Positions 61,190 to 64,000 of a stretch of 64,000 nucleotides of DNA are shown one piece after another. The position numbers and the translations under genes were made by a program. Position 1 is the first letter of the stretch. Each line of letters opens with the position of its first letter. Source of the DNA: Azolla caroliniana (taxonomy: Eukaryota; Plantae; Polypodiophyta); contig JBHGNT010000017.1 in assembly GCA_043228905.1 (NCBI GenBank), forward strand, positions 15,810,001 through 15,874,000, read 5' to 3'. The notes beneath the pieces are model-generated. The model saw only the letters and a list, made by a program, of their open reading frames with translations. It had not been told where the DNA came from and did not search any database.

Positions 61190-61526
61190 TCAACGTACCC
61201 GTCCTTTCCTTAAATGCTTTATTTTTTTTATCTCTATGTCTTTTGCTTTAGTTCTTCTCTTTTTGCCTACAAATGGCATACATTTTATCCCTATTTCTTT
61301 TGGTTGTTTTTTCCTTTTGTCCACCAATGGCACCAATCCACATTTATCTCTATTTCTTTTGGTTGTTTTTTTCCTTAAATGCGTTACTTATATTTTTATC
61401 TCTATTTCTTTTGCTTAGTTCTTTCCTTTTTGCCTACAAATGGCATCCATTTTATCTCTATTGCTTTTTGGTTGTTTTTCCTTTTTGTTCATCTCACAAG
61501 GTAACCTCCATGTGGGTGTGGGTCTG

Positions 61527-61528
<2 letters not shown>

Positions 61529-61570
<42 letters not shown>
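61529..61570. repeat. (TG)n microsatellite
   Basis: Read directly. Confidence 0.95.
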
Positions 61571-61571
<1 letters not shown>

Positions 61572-64000
61572 ATATTATATCAAATACTTCCAGAAGAAGT
61601 GGCCTCGCCTAGTAGTCCTAGACTCTATTTGTAGTAGTATATATCAAGTGCCGATGGCACCCACATACACCCAAGTCCACAACCTTGACCTCCTCATTTC
61701 CGAGACCTCATGCGCCCACACGCTCCCTGACTTCCCACATAGTGCTAGCTTTTTGGTTCATGGGCCTTTGCATCTGTCTTTGGCAACTAATTGTCAAGGG
61801 TTCCACACCTTGCATATCGATTCTTCTCTCTCTTTAATTTGAATGCCAATACTTATTGTCGGCCATTGAGATCTGACGATTCTTACTAGAGTCTGATTTT
61901 TGGATATGAACCCATTCTTGTCTATTATCAAGACATGGAGTGTGTGATATGGGAGAAAATGAGGACAGATATTGTCCCTTTCTAAGAAATCTATGCCACA
62001 TGTACATATTGTATAGCCCTTGTCTCTCTAAAGGATACATAATCAGACCATGTGTTTTCATCCAATTTTATGCATTCAACGCACATGTCCACAGAAGACT
62101 CAAATAAAGTTAGTGCATGTGAAAAACTCTAGCAAATCCAAGTAGGGTATTGACATGCAGTTTGTTGTCCTTCAGTGAATACAATGTATATTCAAAACTC
62201 TTTGCATAGGACTCCATTACAAGTTGCAACTACAACTCACATGTAATGTCTTGCACTTTTTTTGTCTCATGGGTCTTTCATGTCACATCTCTATGGAAAT
62301 CGTAAGTCATTTTCAAACTTGAGGGGGGCAGGTTTTCAATGTCATGCATTAGGCAAATAGAAAGAATTTGATTTATGATTAAAGTAAAAAAGGGATTGAG
62401 GACCTTCAAACTCGTAATGGTTAATCACCTGAGTAGAATACATCCATATCATGCAATTGATGTAGAATGGAGGGGGTAGTTGAATTTCATTTCCAACTAA
62501 AAAAAGAATTATCGCTCCAACAAGAACTATATAGAATCACAATTTTGAATCATATCCCTCGAAGCACATCTTCGATTCAGTTACTGACGCATTACACATA
62601 AATGTATTTTTTTTGCGTGCACCATTCAAAGGGAAATGTCGTGTCTTTTTTATAATGATAGAAAAGATCAAAAGGTTAATTAGTTATAAAATAGGAGTCA
62701 AGTTTAACAACCTAGAAAACATAGATAAGCCTCGATCCTTGTTACGTAACATGCCCTCTACAAGTTTCATGTTGAAGTTTTATCTATATAGTTTTCCGTT
62801 ATTCAAGATTGAACTGTAACCATCGTGTGGACCCATATTGTGTTACATCAAGTGTGGTTACGCATGCAACTGATACTCGTTGACTTGAAACTGCTCTAAG
62901 CAAATTGCGCTTCATATTTGTTATATGTCGATTATTATGATTCCAAACTCCTTAAACTTTATTTTATATGCAATGCAAATCCTCTTTTCCTTGTTTCATT
63001 TACTGGATTTGGAAAGCGATAGTTCAATAATTGCAAGTTGTGATTCTATCACATGCACGTCTAGTTCTTGAGTTCCATGTATTGTGAGTCTTGACAATGA
63101 ATCTATATATTGTTTGTACCCAAGAAACTTACATTAATGTGTGCCACCACCACCATTAGAGTAATGTGAATACACCTTGAAAAGACACATACAATTGACC
63201 ATATTGTAAAGTAACAACATAGTGTTAAACTAACAAGACTATCATTCTTTTTTAGGTAAAATGTGTGAAACCTCCCAATAAGTCAAGTTGAATCTCTAAT
63301 CAACATGATTCTAAATGGGATTTTATTATGCGATTTTTTAATATATTAAAACCATGCATCCCTTAGAAGATAGATGTCTACTACTCTAAATGGTATCCTT
63401 AGGAGTGTTGTCAACATATCTATGAAGTTTCGTGGATGGAAGCTCGTGTGCTTTTGATCATTTTCTCTAGACATTGATCGTTGTGACGCACCAACTGATA
63501 TATGTGATTCAAGCCATAAAATAAACATGCAAGTGATGACAAATCCATAGGTTAATGCATCAACATCACACTTACAAAAACAAAAAAAGTTTATCTTTGC
63601 ATTTTATAATATATAAGTGGCAATTCAGTGAACTATTTATTTAGGTTTTGATAATCGAATGGTATCTTAAGATGATAAGAAATATATTTCTATAATGTGA
63701 TCAAATTTTTTGTCAAATAATGAACTACAATAAAATAGATGAATCGCAGAGTTTCCTTTCGGTTACAATGTTGTGTAGTTCACAAGAACAATGGCCGCAA
63801 ATGATAAATAAGAAATGTTCAGCAACATGATAACAAGGAATGTACATATCTCTCCAACAAGATCGTGAGAAAGGCATCAAGCATAGACTATAGTCAATGT
63901 ATGGGAATCATACAAATTGTATGAAAAAGACATGAATGTAAAGACACCAATATCACATCGCGTTAGAATCTAAATAAGATATTATCATAACTACCAAAGG

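Noticed and set aside
60420-64000. Short ORFs in the AT-rich right end
   Set aside because: Low-complexity or microsatellite-driven translations with no protein motifs or exon structure I can support.

Overview
This is eukaryotic, repeat-saturated genomic DNA, probably from a non-seed land plant (inferred from the retroelement lineages and a plant aldo-keto reductase exon). About 85% of the window is nested LTR retrotransposons: one intact young chromovirus with identical LTRs (7123-14149), Tcn1/Maggy-like chromoviruses, a non-chromoviral tRNA-Trp-primed Ty3/Gypsy group and several Ty1/Copia elements. The main hidden feature appears once three insertions are excised at their target-site duplications (ATGGT, GTCAA, ATAGA). 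The fragments at about 6.5-25.0 kb then join in frame into one intron-containing gene of about 950 aa, now a pseudogene. It encodes a ParB/Srx-like domain fused to a prokaryote-type beta-class N6-adenine/N4-cytosine DNA methyltransferase, and it lies next to an array of 31-bp palindromes. Other notable patterns: antisense tRNA-like Pol III A/B-box modules in the U3 of four different LTR families; Tf1-type self-priming signatures; heat-shock-element arrays in LTRs; a Gypsy group whose five visible junctions all sit at NCGN (4-bp TSD); a -1 frameshift signal; TG...TA LTR ends; a captured AKR exon with intron; and a Helitron 3' end. All calls were made by eye, with no database searches.
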